Of a DNA stretch of 64,000 nt, positions 12,301-24,600 are shown in pieces; position 1 is the first letter of the stretch; each line of letters begins with the position of its first letter. The notes beneath the pieces were generated by a model, which saw nothing but the letters and a program-made list of their open reading frames with translations, made no database searches and had not been told where the DNA came from. Location: the NCBI GenBank assembly GCA_964247055.1, contig OZ176052.1, positions 8,370,001 through 8,434,000 on the forward strand. Direction: 5' to 3'. Position numbers and translations under genes: made by a program. The stretch comes from Paragordius varius. Taxonomy: Eukaryota > Animalia > Nematomorpha.

Positions 12301-15204
12301 GACTTATATACCAAATGATCGTGCTAAAAGAGTATGTTCCCGCGTTTGGCCCCCGGCCAAAAAACCCGTTTCAAATTCCCCTTTCGTCGCATCGATGACT
12401 AGAATAGCAGCATCGGCTTGTGAAGCGCCTGTTAAAAGAAGTAATTAAAAATGAACACTTTTTGAAAAATATTTTTTTAAAAATCATTCTTTTATTTTTA
12501 TCATTTTCTAAGAAATATTAATATAAACCAGGGTTTTTTAAAGGGCCGCGAGTGATAAAAATACAATTTTACAAAAAATGTTTTTAATTTGTAAATTTAT
12601 TGTTATAAAGAAAAATAACAATCATCGTAGATTAATATATCAGAATTAAGATGGTGAGAATCCACTTTTGTTTTTGAAACTATAATAAAAACATTTCTAT
12701 GAATTTTGTGCAAATTTCTGTATGTTTTAAAACGAATTCTAAATAAATATATTTTCATATGTCAAAAAATTATTTTTTATATTTATTGGGGTCGTTAAGA
12801 AATTCGCAATCATAAATGGGGTCGGGAATTACAGTTTAAGAGGCCCTGATATGAACACATCTTACAATATAAAATTACAATTTAAATTTATTGAAAAATA
12901 AAATATTGCTTAAGTGTTTACTAACAAAAGGTATGAAATCAAATTTAAATATAATATATTTTAAAATGAAATAGCTACCAGATATCATGTTTGGGACAAA
13001 ATCTTTGTGGCCAGGGCTATCTATAAGATCTATTCGTCGATCCTTTAATTTTATGGTTCGATGTGTAATGTCCATTGTTATACCACGATTTCTAATTCGT
13101 TGATGATTTAAATTAATGTAAAAAACAGCATTAATTTATTTATCCAAGTTGAATTATTTAAAAATTTATTATTTTTAAGTATCAACTAAAATTAATCAAT
13201 ATCGATAAGTAACGGATTAAAAAAACTTCTTGAATGATAGTTTTATTTAATAAATTCGTTCAAATGGTTAATCAGGTGAATTTATAAATTCCAAAAAGGT
13301 CTTTAAACAGAACAATCCTAAAAATAAATATAACAATTATCTATGTATTCAAAAATTTCAGTAAATAACCTCTGAATATTTATTACATTAATCAATTCAT
13401 AAAGCGTTTTACATTGCGATATGTATTGCAATTCAATAGAAAAATATTAGACTTACATAAAAACGTACTTTTAATGAATATTTTATATTTAATCCCATAT
13501 ATACACAACAAATATATGAAATCGGTTATAATAACTAAAACAATGTTTAATTTAACATCACTAATAAGTCCTGTAAAAAATATGCAAATAAATAATTTAA
13601 TAGTGCATTTAAAACCCTTTTTATTATCTTATCTTAAAACAACAAGAAAAAATATTTAACATAGTTGTGGATAGAGAAGAAATATTTTAATATAAATTTA
13701 CCGTTCTTCGGTGTTTTCATCAAGAATCCAAGCGTAAGCAAAAGACCCTTTACCAGCTTTTTTAGATTCAGTTTCATTTTTGTGCATAGCCTTTTGACTT
13801 ATCATACCAGTTAAGTATAGCAAGTGTCCAATCAACGTACTTTTTCCCGCATCAACATGACCTAAAATAATAAGTAAAAAGTGAATAAAGTTTAAAAAAT
13901 ATAATAACCATATAGAATCAATTTAAAATATTATTAGCATCGTATAGATAAAAAATAAAATACTTAAGGGGCTATAAATAAATATTACGGTAACGAATGC
14001 TACTATGAACAGATGAACTGGATTTTTAGCTGTCACAAAGAGAAATTTAGAACCGATATAACTTATGACGTTTTAATCCGGCGATTAAATATAAAAAATC
14101 ATATCATTAGCCATTTTAAAAGTGTTTAAAAAACGCCCCTTTGTTTGCATGATCATTTAAAAAACTCATATATTAATCAAACCAAAAAAAAGAGACTCTA
14201 AACTGTATATATTAATCAAACCTATTGTAATCACATTTATACATTCGTCACCCGTTTCTCTGCGTTGATTTAATAAGCTTTCAATTATCTGGGCATTTTT
14301 GACATTATTAAATTTCTGTTTTTGGTTAGATGATGCTGGTTTATTACTACTTATAGATAAAGCGGATATTGGTTTTGCAATGAAGGTTTCGTCGATAGAT
14401 TCAGTCTTAACATTATTTTTGACCATTGATATGTCTGGAGAAGGTAGAACTGTACCCTTTTTAGGGATACTTGATATTTGTTGTGATATATTTTTTACTT
14501 TTTTGTTCGTTGTGTGCAAATTCGATTTTGGATCTATCATAATATTGTAAAAATAAAATGGTAATAATTGTTATTATTTGTTAAAAGTATACCTGAATAC
14601 GAGTATGTTTGTATTAAGGGTTGTATAAAATTAGATATCTTTCTTTTTTCGGGTATTTTATAAATATTAGATATGGATGTGACACAGTCGATTGAATTAT
14701 TAATTAAGTTATAAAAAGTTGAGCAATTATTTTTCTGCATACTAATGGGTAATTTTGGAGGAAAATAAAAATTGTTATCGATATCATGGGAAATATCTTG
14801 CGATAAAAAACGTGAAGTATTAAATTTTTGAGTTTTTTCATGAGTTATATTTTTAGTTTTAATTGATTTCGTTTCTAAAGACGGCAAAGTTTCTTTTTTA
14901 TTATTATTTATATTTATCGGTTTGGTTTTAGGAATAAAAGATGGAAGTTTAGCCAAAGGTGGTAATTTATATTTAAATGCATTTATTTTTCCAGTGTCTT
15001 GATGAGTTTTAAGGATAATATCATCTTAAATACAATGGTAATAATTACCTGTTTTGGGCTTTGGTTTGTTGGGTTTTTGCACATTATCTCCATCTATGTT
15101 TTAAACATGATAAAACCATAAAAATCCAAGCTTTCACCATAATAATCATCATTATAGCCATCTTCATAATCATCCATATCGTAGCTACCTCGATTGCGTG
15201 ACAT
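9381..15204 (-). CDS. HBS1L: HBS1-like translational GTPase (ribosome rescue, Pelota partner), 13 exons
   Basis: Exons (minus strand): 15138-15204, 15049-15093, 14593-15024 (or -14997), 14222-14533, 13702-13861, 12979-13091, 12312-12428, 11735-11983, 11219-11332, 11082-11159, 10050-10456, 9866-9967, 9381-9626. All junctions are GT-AG and phase-compatible. Motifs: [68 protein letters not shown], and C-terminal [17 protein letters not shown]. The acidic N-terminus ([17 protein letters not shown]) and the AWILDE motif favour HBS1 over eEF1A or eRF3. Confidence 0.93.
10507..10718. mobile_element. Degenerate hAT-type MITE in an HBS1L intron
   Basis: The ends are CTGGTACTCAAACC and GGTTAGTACCACTG, with an internal GGGCCGCATGTGGCC motif. 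No clear TSD. Confidence 0.45.
11434..11711. mobile_element. hAT (Buster/Charlie-like) MITE family A with a perfect 8-bp TSD
   Basis: TIRs TAGGGGTGTCCAGCA and TGTTGGACACCCCTG, flanked by TGTTAAAC at 11426-11433 and 11712-11719. Related copies or fragments lie at ~16838-17040, 18471-21449 (split), 36715-37795, 38013-38295 and 53916-54148. Confidence 0.9.
12529..12848. mobile_element. hAT-type MITE in an HBS1L intron
   Basis: The ends are CAGGGTTTTTTAAA and TTTAAGAGGCCCTG. The flanking 8-mers ATATAAAC and ATATGAAC match 7/8. Confidence 0.7.
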
Positions 15205-15306
15205 GTGGGACCTTCCTTACTTCACTTCCAATATTTTAATGTTGCAATGAAAATACATTTGTTATACAGATGACAAAACAACGAGGTGTGTAATTTTTTA
15301 CCTGTT
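15205..15306. promoter_or_regulatory. Putative compact bidirectional promoter (HBS1L / GILT-like)
   Basis: The divergent start codons are ~100 bp apart. This is inferred from gene arrangement only. Confidence 0.5.
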
Positions 15307-17940
15307 ATGGTTTCTGGCCAATATAACATGTCCCCGGTTGTAAAACTATCCCGTCATAGAGAACGAAAATGTCTTAAGATCTTATTTGCTATTTGCTTAG
15401 TTTTTCTTATCTATGGAACTTATTGGATAATAAGTAGCAGCCGATGTTCTTCTTTTGCATCAAGGGTAAATTTTATTTTTAAATAAAGTTTAATCCCAAA
15501 TGCAATCCTATATCACAGAACCAAAGTAGTAGTCAAACAATGCATATAGAAGTTTATTATGAGGTCCTATGTCCAGATAGTATCAATTTTATCACAAAAC
15601 AACTTTTCCCATTTGCAATGAAACTTAGGGAAGAAAACGAGGCGATTCAAAAAATATTTAAAATAGATCTCTATGCTTTTGGGAAGGCTCAAGTTTGAAA
15701 TCATTTGATAAATATAGGAAATTGGAACCGGAGAAAATTCTACCTTTACTTGCCAGCACGGGATAGATGAATGCATAGGGAATATGTGGCATGTTAATTT
15801 TAAATATATTTATATATAGTCTTGTGCATGGAATCACAATTTTTCAGAATCTAAAGCCGATCCCATATATTTTGTTGGATGCACCATGTCCAAAAATGAT
15901 ATATTTGGTAGTTTTTCTGAGGTACTTATTTATTAAAAAATTTTCAATATTAATATTACAACTGACTCTATTCTAACGATTTATAACTAAGATAAAACTC
16001 GTTTTGTAACGTTTAAAAAATTAATTTATTATATTAATTTTAAAGTATATTTTCCATTTACCCAAAAAATGATTTTGCTGTCTATATGTTTATTTTGGCG
16101 GCTAAATATTTGAAAAATAAATTTTTTTAAATGTAAAAAAAGGAATAATAAACTATCGAAATGTATTTTTTGTTAATACTTAAGAACCGGAATGATTTTG
16201 TGAAATCGTTTTTTAATTAACTATTCAGTGTACGGCACATTATGGGAATTAAAAATCGCACTGAGCAGGCGAGTGTTAAAGCCTTCACATGTCCAGGTAC
16301 AATTTAAGTCACCCTTTAATATAAAAGGAAAAAAGAGACTCTAAACTCTATATTATTATTATTATTAAAAATCAATTAATAAGATATAAAAATCATTGCC
16401 GACAAAATTATTAATTATTTAAATTTTTTCAATTAAAAATTGATACTATATAAAATTTTGGCCACACAAGTTTTTAAAATGAAATTAGTTGGTTTCTACC
16501 GTTAAAAATATTTTTACGTTTGGTCAAAGATTACTAGTAATCGAAAATTCATGTAATAAATTCTATAAGCCATATTAACAATTTAAATATCATTTGTATG
16601 AGTATTATAAAATGATATTATAAAGCCATGATAAAAAAAATGTGTCTCTCTCCACTTATATGCATTAACTATGATTTTGCCCGCTTTTGAAAAATCATGT
16701 CCATATTTTTAAATAATATTTATAACGGTATATTATAAAAGTAAAAAATTGATACTGATTTTATGTAAAACTATATAGAATTAGAATTTTTCATATTTTT
16801 TTCAAAATTGTTATGAAAATAATACCACTGCTAAATACAGGGGTGTCCAACGCAAATGGATTCGCGGGCGCATTTTTGACTTAAAAACTCCGGCGGTCCA
16901 CATTATTTTACACATAATAATGTGAAATGCAAACACAATATAAAAAATTTTTTAGTTCGTAGCAGATTGGAGACTTATCAGAAAAATTGTGTATAAGTTG
17001 CGAATTATATTTTCCAAATTTTTCGTGGGCCGCATTTTGATTAGTTTAAACGTTTTTTATCTGTATATAACATATATTTTAGTTTTTTTTCAAACTCTAA
17101 TCTTTAATTGTACATATATTGCCAACTCTTATAGTGTGCCATGCATGCAAACATTCCCATGGATGAATTGAAAAAATGCGTAAATGGACCTTCAGGACAT
17201 CAATATATGCATATGAATGCGGTCAAAACTTTAACATTACCTCATAAACTTTATTACGTTCCTTGGATTCGGGTTAATGAGGTTATTTACCGTTTTTTAT
17301 CCTATATGCTTCACGTGTGCTTTAAGTTTTTATTTTATAATTGGTTTATTCGCATATATTGTAGGATGATAGTATGAGTACTCGTCACAACATTGAACAC
17401 GATTTATTAGCCTTTGTTTGTGCAATAAAGGTAAAATTGATTTTAAACCCTAATGTATTATAAGGTTTTATATTTAAAGTATGGTTGAGGTCGAAATTGA
17501 TGTAACCAAAATTATTAATCGTATATAATTTTAACATATATTAATCTCATGATAAAAAATAATTATTAAATTTAACTTATATTTAACATAAACGAATTGC
17601 GAAATTTTTAAATTTATGTTAATATATATAAAAATAGCTTTTTTTAGTAGATAAAAATATATTTTTGAAATTAACTTTTGAAATTTTTCTATTTTCTTTT
17701 TTACATTATATTTTTGCATTTATCATACTACTGGTTTTCATAATTGTATGTATAATCGGTCAGAGAGGTTATTATTTTTAACCGGCAATAACCCAATACC
17801 ATATCTATTGTACAAATTAAATATTCCTTTAAATGAATTTAAAAATATGTTATACGATTTTTAAAATATTTATAATTTTTGTATATCGATACAACCAGAC
17901 ATTCGCTGATATGAAAATGTGCCAAAAACCTAACGTATAA
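15307..17940 (+). CDS. GILT/IFI30-like lysosomal thiol reductase, 7 exons
   Basis: Exons 15307(or 15328)-15465, 15519-15692, 15718-15792, 15820-15921, 17135-17281, 17365-17430 and 17899-17940; the last exon is less certain. The product has a hydrophobic N-terminal segment, then VYYEVLCPDSINFITKQLFP, FGKA, FTCQHGIDECIGNMWHSCA, CVNGPSG, YVPWIRVNE and LLAFVC, which are the GILT family signatures. Confidence 0.88.
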
Positions 17941-18470
17941 TGATTCTGCTCAAGCCGAATTATAAATTTAATAATTATTTATGACATTTATATTTATGCA
18001 AATCACGGGTAAAAAATTCCAATTTAATTGTGATATACCCTATTGATTAACCTTATATTTTTAATAATAAATTTATGATGTCTTTTTAATACATATACAT
18101 AAAACATTTCATTAAAAGATTTTTTTCAACAAAGACTCTTCTATGTTGTAAAAATGAATTAATAACTTTTAACCGACGGCTGAAAATAAGGACTTAATCA
18201 ATTTTATTAACAATGATATTTACCACTTGGTAAAGATACTGTAATGTTTAATTTCGTTTAATTGGTCAGACATTTATGGCTACTTTTTTATCACATAATA
18301 TAAAAATTAAATTAGATCCGAGTTTATATGGTTTCACTATTTATCTCAAAAAACAAAAATCTATAAAATTTGGAAAGTTAAAAAATAAATTTTTTATATT
18401 GCCTTTATATTTCATTTTAATTGATCGCTGTTTTGCAGAGTTCTATTTATATACTGTTTATACATTAGAC

Positions 18471-21449
18471 CAGGGGTGCCTAACAAGCTGGCCGCATGCG
18501 GCCCGACGAAAAATTTTGAAATCCATAATTTACAAAAATATGCTTACAAATTAATAGTAATATTGATATTTCTTAAACAATTTTTTTAAAAAGGTCTATG
18601 TCCGCGACAACTCAAAAAGTGACCGCCTGAAAATATTTTTTTTAAAAAAATTTTATTGATTTTTTTCGGATAGTTGGCTACTTCTGAGCGAATTTAAATT
18701 TAAAATACAAAAAAATACGGTTTAAATTAAAAAAAACGTCTAAGAAAAGGGTGTAAAAAATTATTTTATTAATTATAATTCATATGTTTTGGAGCATTTG
18801 CATTAAAACTTAAAATCAGTCATTTCCCTTGAATATATCAAAACTTTGAGCAAAGCTTATTCATAAATCAGAAGCATAATCGTGAAGTTAGATTTGATTT
18901 GATACACCAAAAGTAGGTTTTTAAAACTTATATTTTAGAATGAGCCAAAAAAAGTTGTACAGATACAAGAAAGATTGGGAGCATGAATACTTTTTTATTA
19001 TGATAAATGAAACATGCACCTGTCTAATATGCAATAGTACTGTTGCTTTGCCCAAAAAGTCAAATATTGAAAGACATTATAGATCTCTGCATCCACATTA
19101 CTCCAAAAACTACCCCTTACAAACTCAAGAACGCAACATTAAAGTAAAGGAATTAAAAGAACAATTATCCGCTTACAAAATAGCATACTTAAATACAACA
19201 AAGACTATAAAAATGCTACGATTGCTTCATTCAAGGTAGCGGAAATACTCATTCGGAACAATAAGCCATTCCAAGATGGTGAAATATTTAAAGAAGCCTT
19301 TATTAGCGCTTGTGATATTTTATTTGAAAATTTTAATAACAAAAATAATATTATGACAGCTATTAAAAGCATAAGCTTATCGAGAAATACCGTTATGCGC
19401 AGGGCTGAAGATATTAGTAATAATCTTGATGAAATTTTACATGAAAATATTAATAACTGTATTTTTTTTCCTTGCAACTCGATGAGTCCACCGATTATGT
19501 TGGAATCGCCCAATTATGCATTTTTATTCGTATGATATTTAGTGATTTATCTGCAAAGGAGGAATTATTAACTATAATACCTCTCCACGAACGAACCAGA
19601 GGGCAGGATATTTTTGATTCTTTTTATAAATTTATCACAGATACGAAACTTCCCATCGTAAAACTCGCATCTATAACTACTGATGGAGCTCCAGCTATGA
19701 TTGGCGTTAACAACGGCTTTATCGCTTTATGTAAAAATCACAGTGCATTTCCCAAGTTCATTGATTACCATTGTATAATCCATAATCAAATTATATGTTC
19801 AAAAGTTTTAAAATACCATCATGTAATGAACCCCTGTTTTAAAATTGTTAACGCCATTCGAACAAAAAGCTTGTCCCGCCGCCAATTTCGAATTTTGTTA
19901 AATGAGTGCGGCGTGGAATATGGAGAACTTTTATTACATACTGATGTAAGGTGGTTGAGTCGTGCCGCATTTTTAATTAGATTTAGGCAAATTTTACCAC
20001 AAATAGAAATTTTTTTAGAGAATTCTAAATTTTCATACCCTGAATTGAAAGATCAAGATTGGCTGCTTGATCTTGCATTTTTATGCGATATCACGGAAAA
20101 ATTGCATAAATTAAACATCCAATTACAAGAAAAGATAAAACAATAATGGATATGATGGGTGCTTTAAAATCTTTTAAGGAAACATTAACAGTAGTAGAAA
20201 CACAATTAAAAAACCGAGATTTAAAACATTTTTTTAATCTGGCAGCGGTGTCTGAAAAAATAGAGAATCTCTCTTATGAAAAATATGCAGATGATATTGG
20301 TCTGCTTATTAATGATTTTGAAAAACGATTTTCATCTATAAATAAACTTGAAGACATCGCTATTTTTTTATCAGGCCCATTTAATAATAATAATAATGTT
20401 GAATATATTGTTCAAAAACTCAGCCACTTTCTTGGTGTACCAAATTTAGCAGAGTTGGAAGAGGAATTAATAAATGTTAAATGCGATATCCATCTAAAAT
20501 CATTAGGATCAGATATATATAAATTTATAAATAAAGATAAATACCCCCATATTTGGAAAACCGCTGCATTATTCAATTCTTTTTTTGGATCAACATATTT
20601 ATGTGAATCGGCTTTTTCAATTATGAATGCTATCAAAACTAAACAGAGTCACAATTAACTAATAAACATTTAGAATCATGTTTGAGAATTGCTTTGACTT
20701 CATTTGAACCTAATTTAGATAAACTTTCTGAATTTTTTCGCAGTCGGGCGTTTTAAATATTTTTTTCTTTATTAAATATGGATGTTTATCGAGTATTTTC
20801 GCTTAGGAAAAAGCCGATTTACTAAAAAATATGTGGATAGAATTAAAACTGATACAATTTTAATGTACTCTTATTTATGTTCAAATTATGGTTCTAAATT
20901 GGAATGCTATTTTTTATTTCTTTTATTTTTTGTATCATAATGTATTCTCCCCTGTAATTTCAAATGCATTGTTTAAATTTTCATATTGTAAAATTTCATA
21001 TAATAGAAATTTAATAAATAAATATTTTGAAGTGTTTTATGTTGGTTAAAAAATTAAGGTAGTTAATAACCCGTTGTCTTTTAATTAAAATTATTTTTGT
21101 ATTTGGTTGATAGATAAAAAAATTACAATTTTAAAATGGTTTAAACAAGTCACTCTAATCTGTAAAGCAGGTATATACATCATTTAAAGTGTTGATTGAG
21201 TTTTTTTGATAAATATTTCTGGGTGACCGCGAACTCTTTTTTTAACAAAAAAGCCAAAAAAAAGCTCGCGACAAAAAAAGTGTGGCCACCCCTGGTCTAT
21301 ATAATTAGCAAGAACTAGAAAAAATTATTATATTATGTGTCCCTTTTACAGTCTTATGTTTGAAATCTAATAAATTATTAATGAATGCTCACATATATAT
21401 ATATATATTGAAAATGCGGCCGGGAAGCCATTTTTGTTGGACATCCCTG
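18471..21449. mobile_element. hAT MITE family A copy, split by a transposase-bearing hAT element
   Basis: The outer ends are CAGGGGTGCC (18471) and GGACATCCCTG (21449), with identical flanking CATTAGAC at 18463-18470 and 21450-21457. 18471-~18600 and 21295-21449 match the two halves of the MITE at 11434 in reverse orientation. Confidence 0.75.
18940..20756 (+). pseudogene. hAT transposase, SPIN/Buster (GTF2IRD2-like) group, disrupted by about four frameshifts
   Basis: BED-like finger CLICNSTVALPKKSNIERHYRSLH, followed by LQLDESTD, ITTDGAPAMIG, HCIIH, RWLSR and FGSTYLCESAFS. Frame changes occur near 19200, 19470, 20140 and 20648. The element's right TIR (GTGTGGCCACCCCTG) ends at 21294; its left TIR was not found. 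Confidence 0.9.
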
Positions 21450-21682
21450 CATTAGACCTGTAACATTTGCTTTAAGTAAAATATTTTTGAAAATTGTTAT
21501 AAAAATTAATTTTTACCTCTAGCATATGTTGTTAAAAATATTATGTCAACCATTTAATATTAAAGGATTATTAAGTAAATTTGGTAATATTGAATGTTCA
21601 TAGTTGCAACTTTTTTATATTTGCATAAATAATTTATTTTCATTATGTACATAATATCATTCCAGATACAAATGTAATTTGG

Positions 21683-24600
21683 TTAATATCGCTTTCTTTT
21701 AAATAGTTCAGGTTTCCATTGTAATGGGTGCGTTTCTTCCGTCTAAAAAAATTTGTTAATATATTATTGAATAAATATTATACATACATAATCTGTACTA
21801 ACATTTTATATCAGTATTGAGATTCTTATACGAACGAAAAGGAAAAATCGATTTTATCATTGTTTTTATGTAAAATGATTATTTTAATTTATATAATTTT
21901 TATTGTAAATGCATCAAACACAAATTAGTTTCAGTCAATTGTGTAACTCCCTGTAAAGTAATAGTATCAACAAAAATCAAACTAAAAATCGTGAAAACTA
22001 ATTTATAGAGAGAAAATTACAGCGTCCTCATCTTCTCTGTATAGTTTAATGGTTTTATCGGCCTCAGCTGTGATAAGGCGTGTCCCTGATTTATCAAAAG
22101 TTGTAGCAAAAATTCCAGCCTCACTTTCAATACTACCAGCTTGGGTTGGCGGTTTTAAACGTTGAAAGTTATGCGCAGATTTCCAATCCCAAAAATGTAA
22201 TGTACCATTATCAGCTAATCGATTAAAAAATAATTTTTTTATGAAAAATTTAAATTATAATAATAATTAAAACTATAATATAATATTTGAAAGTTATGCG
22301 CAGATTTCCAATCCCAAAAATGTAATGTACCATTATCAGCTAATCGATTAAAAAATATAAGCATTTTTATATGGAACATATAACAGTAAAAATAAAAATT
22401 ACTAAAAAGACAAATGTCGCAAAAGGTAAGGGACAAACATTTTTTGAAAAAAGGGCATCCATATTTTTTCAGCCTTCATTTTATTAATTATACCCAATCG
22501 TCTTGAGTTGGAAAATAAAAACAAAGAATAACACAATCATATGTAATTTAAAACTGGAATTATATAGTTAATGTGAAAAAAATCAAATATATTTGTCTTT
22601 ATAATGTAATTTTATATTGTATTTCTTTTTCCTCAAACAGAAATAAATGCATACCTCCTGATACCAAAATATTATCTTCATTTATGGAAATGGAATTGAT
22701 GATTGAGTTATGACCACTCATATTTTGCATGAAATCACCTTCTGGTAGAGACCATTGTTTAATATTATCAGAACTTCCGGATGCAAACATATATCTGTAA
22801 AAATAAAATGGGGCTTGAAATTATAAATCATAAAATTACATTTTAAATAAGGTAAAATGAACATTTAATGCAATGAACTCGAACTATTTATATAACAATT
22901 GTAATGCAGAAAGTAAATTTATGTGATAAATTCTTAAAAAATCAATTAAAAAACACTGTTGTTATAGCAAGGTCTTAAAATAATATATTTTTTCGCCTAA
23001 ATAAAAAAAAGTTAGTCAGATAAAACATCATATTAGAATATATTACAATCTAGGGTGTGGGCATAAAGCACGTACACTCTTTTTGTGATGCGTCAAGGTT
23101 GATATACATCGGCCAGAGGCGATATCCCATAATTTGACAGTACTATCATGGCTTCCGGATACAATCTTGAATAAAATAAAAAAAATGGTCAAATGTTTAC
23201 AGATTAAAAATGTTAATCAATCAAAAAAAGAATTTGAATGAAAAAGAACCTGTGGATCAGTAGCTTGCATAAACAACGAACCAATGGTGTTGCTATGCCC
23301 ACTTAATATATGAATACATGCTTTAGTACGCATATCCCACACCTAAAAAATATCGTTGCAAATTATTAAATAAGCACACTTTTATAAAATATCATAATTT
23401 TACAACAATGTGCAGATTAATAAATTACTCTAATTGTAGAATCCCTGCTTCCAGTAGCTAAAACATCGATAGTTGGATGAAGACCCATACAATAAATAGC
23501 ACTCAAGTGTCCATGATAATGTCGAATAACCTAATATAAATAACATTATTTTTAAAACATTATCGCGGATATAAAAAATATGCCATTAAATAGGTTTATT
23601 ACAAAATATGCCGAATCGAATCAAATTACGTTTGAAGAAATACTTTATTATATTCAAGATCCCAACATTTGATTTGTTTGTCCTCACCACACGAGAAAAG
23701 ATATGGTTGACGTGGAGAAACAATGACAGATCGAACGGTAGAAATGTGGCCTGTAAGGGATAATTTCAATGTTCCCGTTGCTAAATCCCATATCTAATTA
23801 GTTAGTTATATTAAAAACATGTACTAAAAAGGATGATAGCTTCCAAAAAACAAACTAACATTTTTAACTCTGTATTATTCAAAATGATTTTCTAAGTGAT
23901 TTTGTATGAGCACAAAAAATCATACCATCGACAACTGTCAATTTTTTAATACTATATGGCCATTATATAACCCAAGAAATTTTTATTTATCTAATACATT
24001 AACCGTTTATTTAGCATTTAAATGCTATTAAGTACCATTGTACAAATCCGTCAAGCCGTTTTAAAAAATATTATTAATTTTATAAAAACCTAAACTTAAA
24101 TTTCATATATTCCTATGCTAAAAAGTAACCTTAATTATTCTATCTGAGGCACCCGTGGCAAACCATTCGTTCCCAGGTTCCACATCAACACAGCGAACCC
24201 ATCCAAAATGACCACTTATGACACGATAAAGTTTCCAGGGTGGATGCCAACTCGGTTTAACTGTCAGCGGAGCTTTAAGCATTTGATTAGCCGCTAAAAT
24301 GTTTGAAGTTTTGGTCAGAGCATCTGTACTGGTAGAAGAAGCAGGATATGCATCGTAAATAGAGGATTGGCCCGATAAATTTTTGGGTTGCACGTTTGTA
24401 CTTTTAACCAGACTTGTTGAGTTTTGGGCTCCTGATGACAAAGTAGGAGGTTTCGCTGGTAAAACAGGCATGGTTGTATGTGATGAATCGATTGATGAAT
24501 CAAATCTAGTTAGTTGTAAAAGCATTTCATTATCAAGTTGCTAATAGAAAATTTAAGTAGCAAGCAACTTGAAAAATAATGGCTACGAAATTTTCAAAAA

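Noticed and set aside
14299-14550. + strand ORF of 83 aa
   Set aside because: It is an antisense shadow of an HBS1L exon. The same applies to 19205-19513, 20412-20636, 24315-24503, 42067-42532, 49505-49786 and 55117-55314.
24526-24541. Alternative PLRG1 acceptor at 24541
   Set aside because: It is phase 0 and incompatible with the phase-2 donor at 26476. The acceptor at 24506 (CTAACTAG) fits without needing an extra exon.
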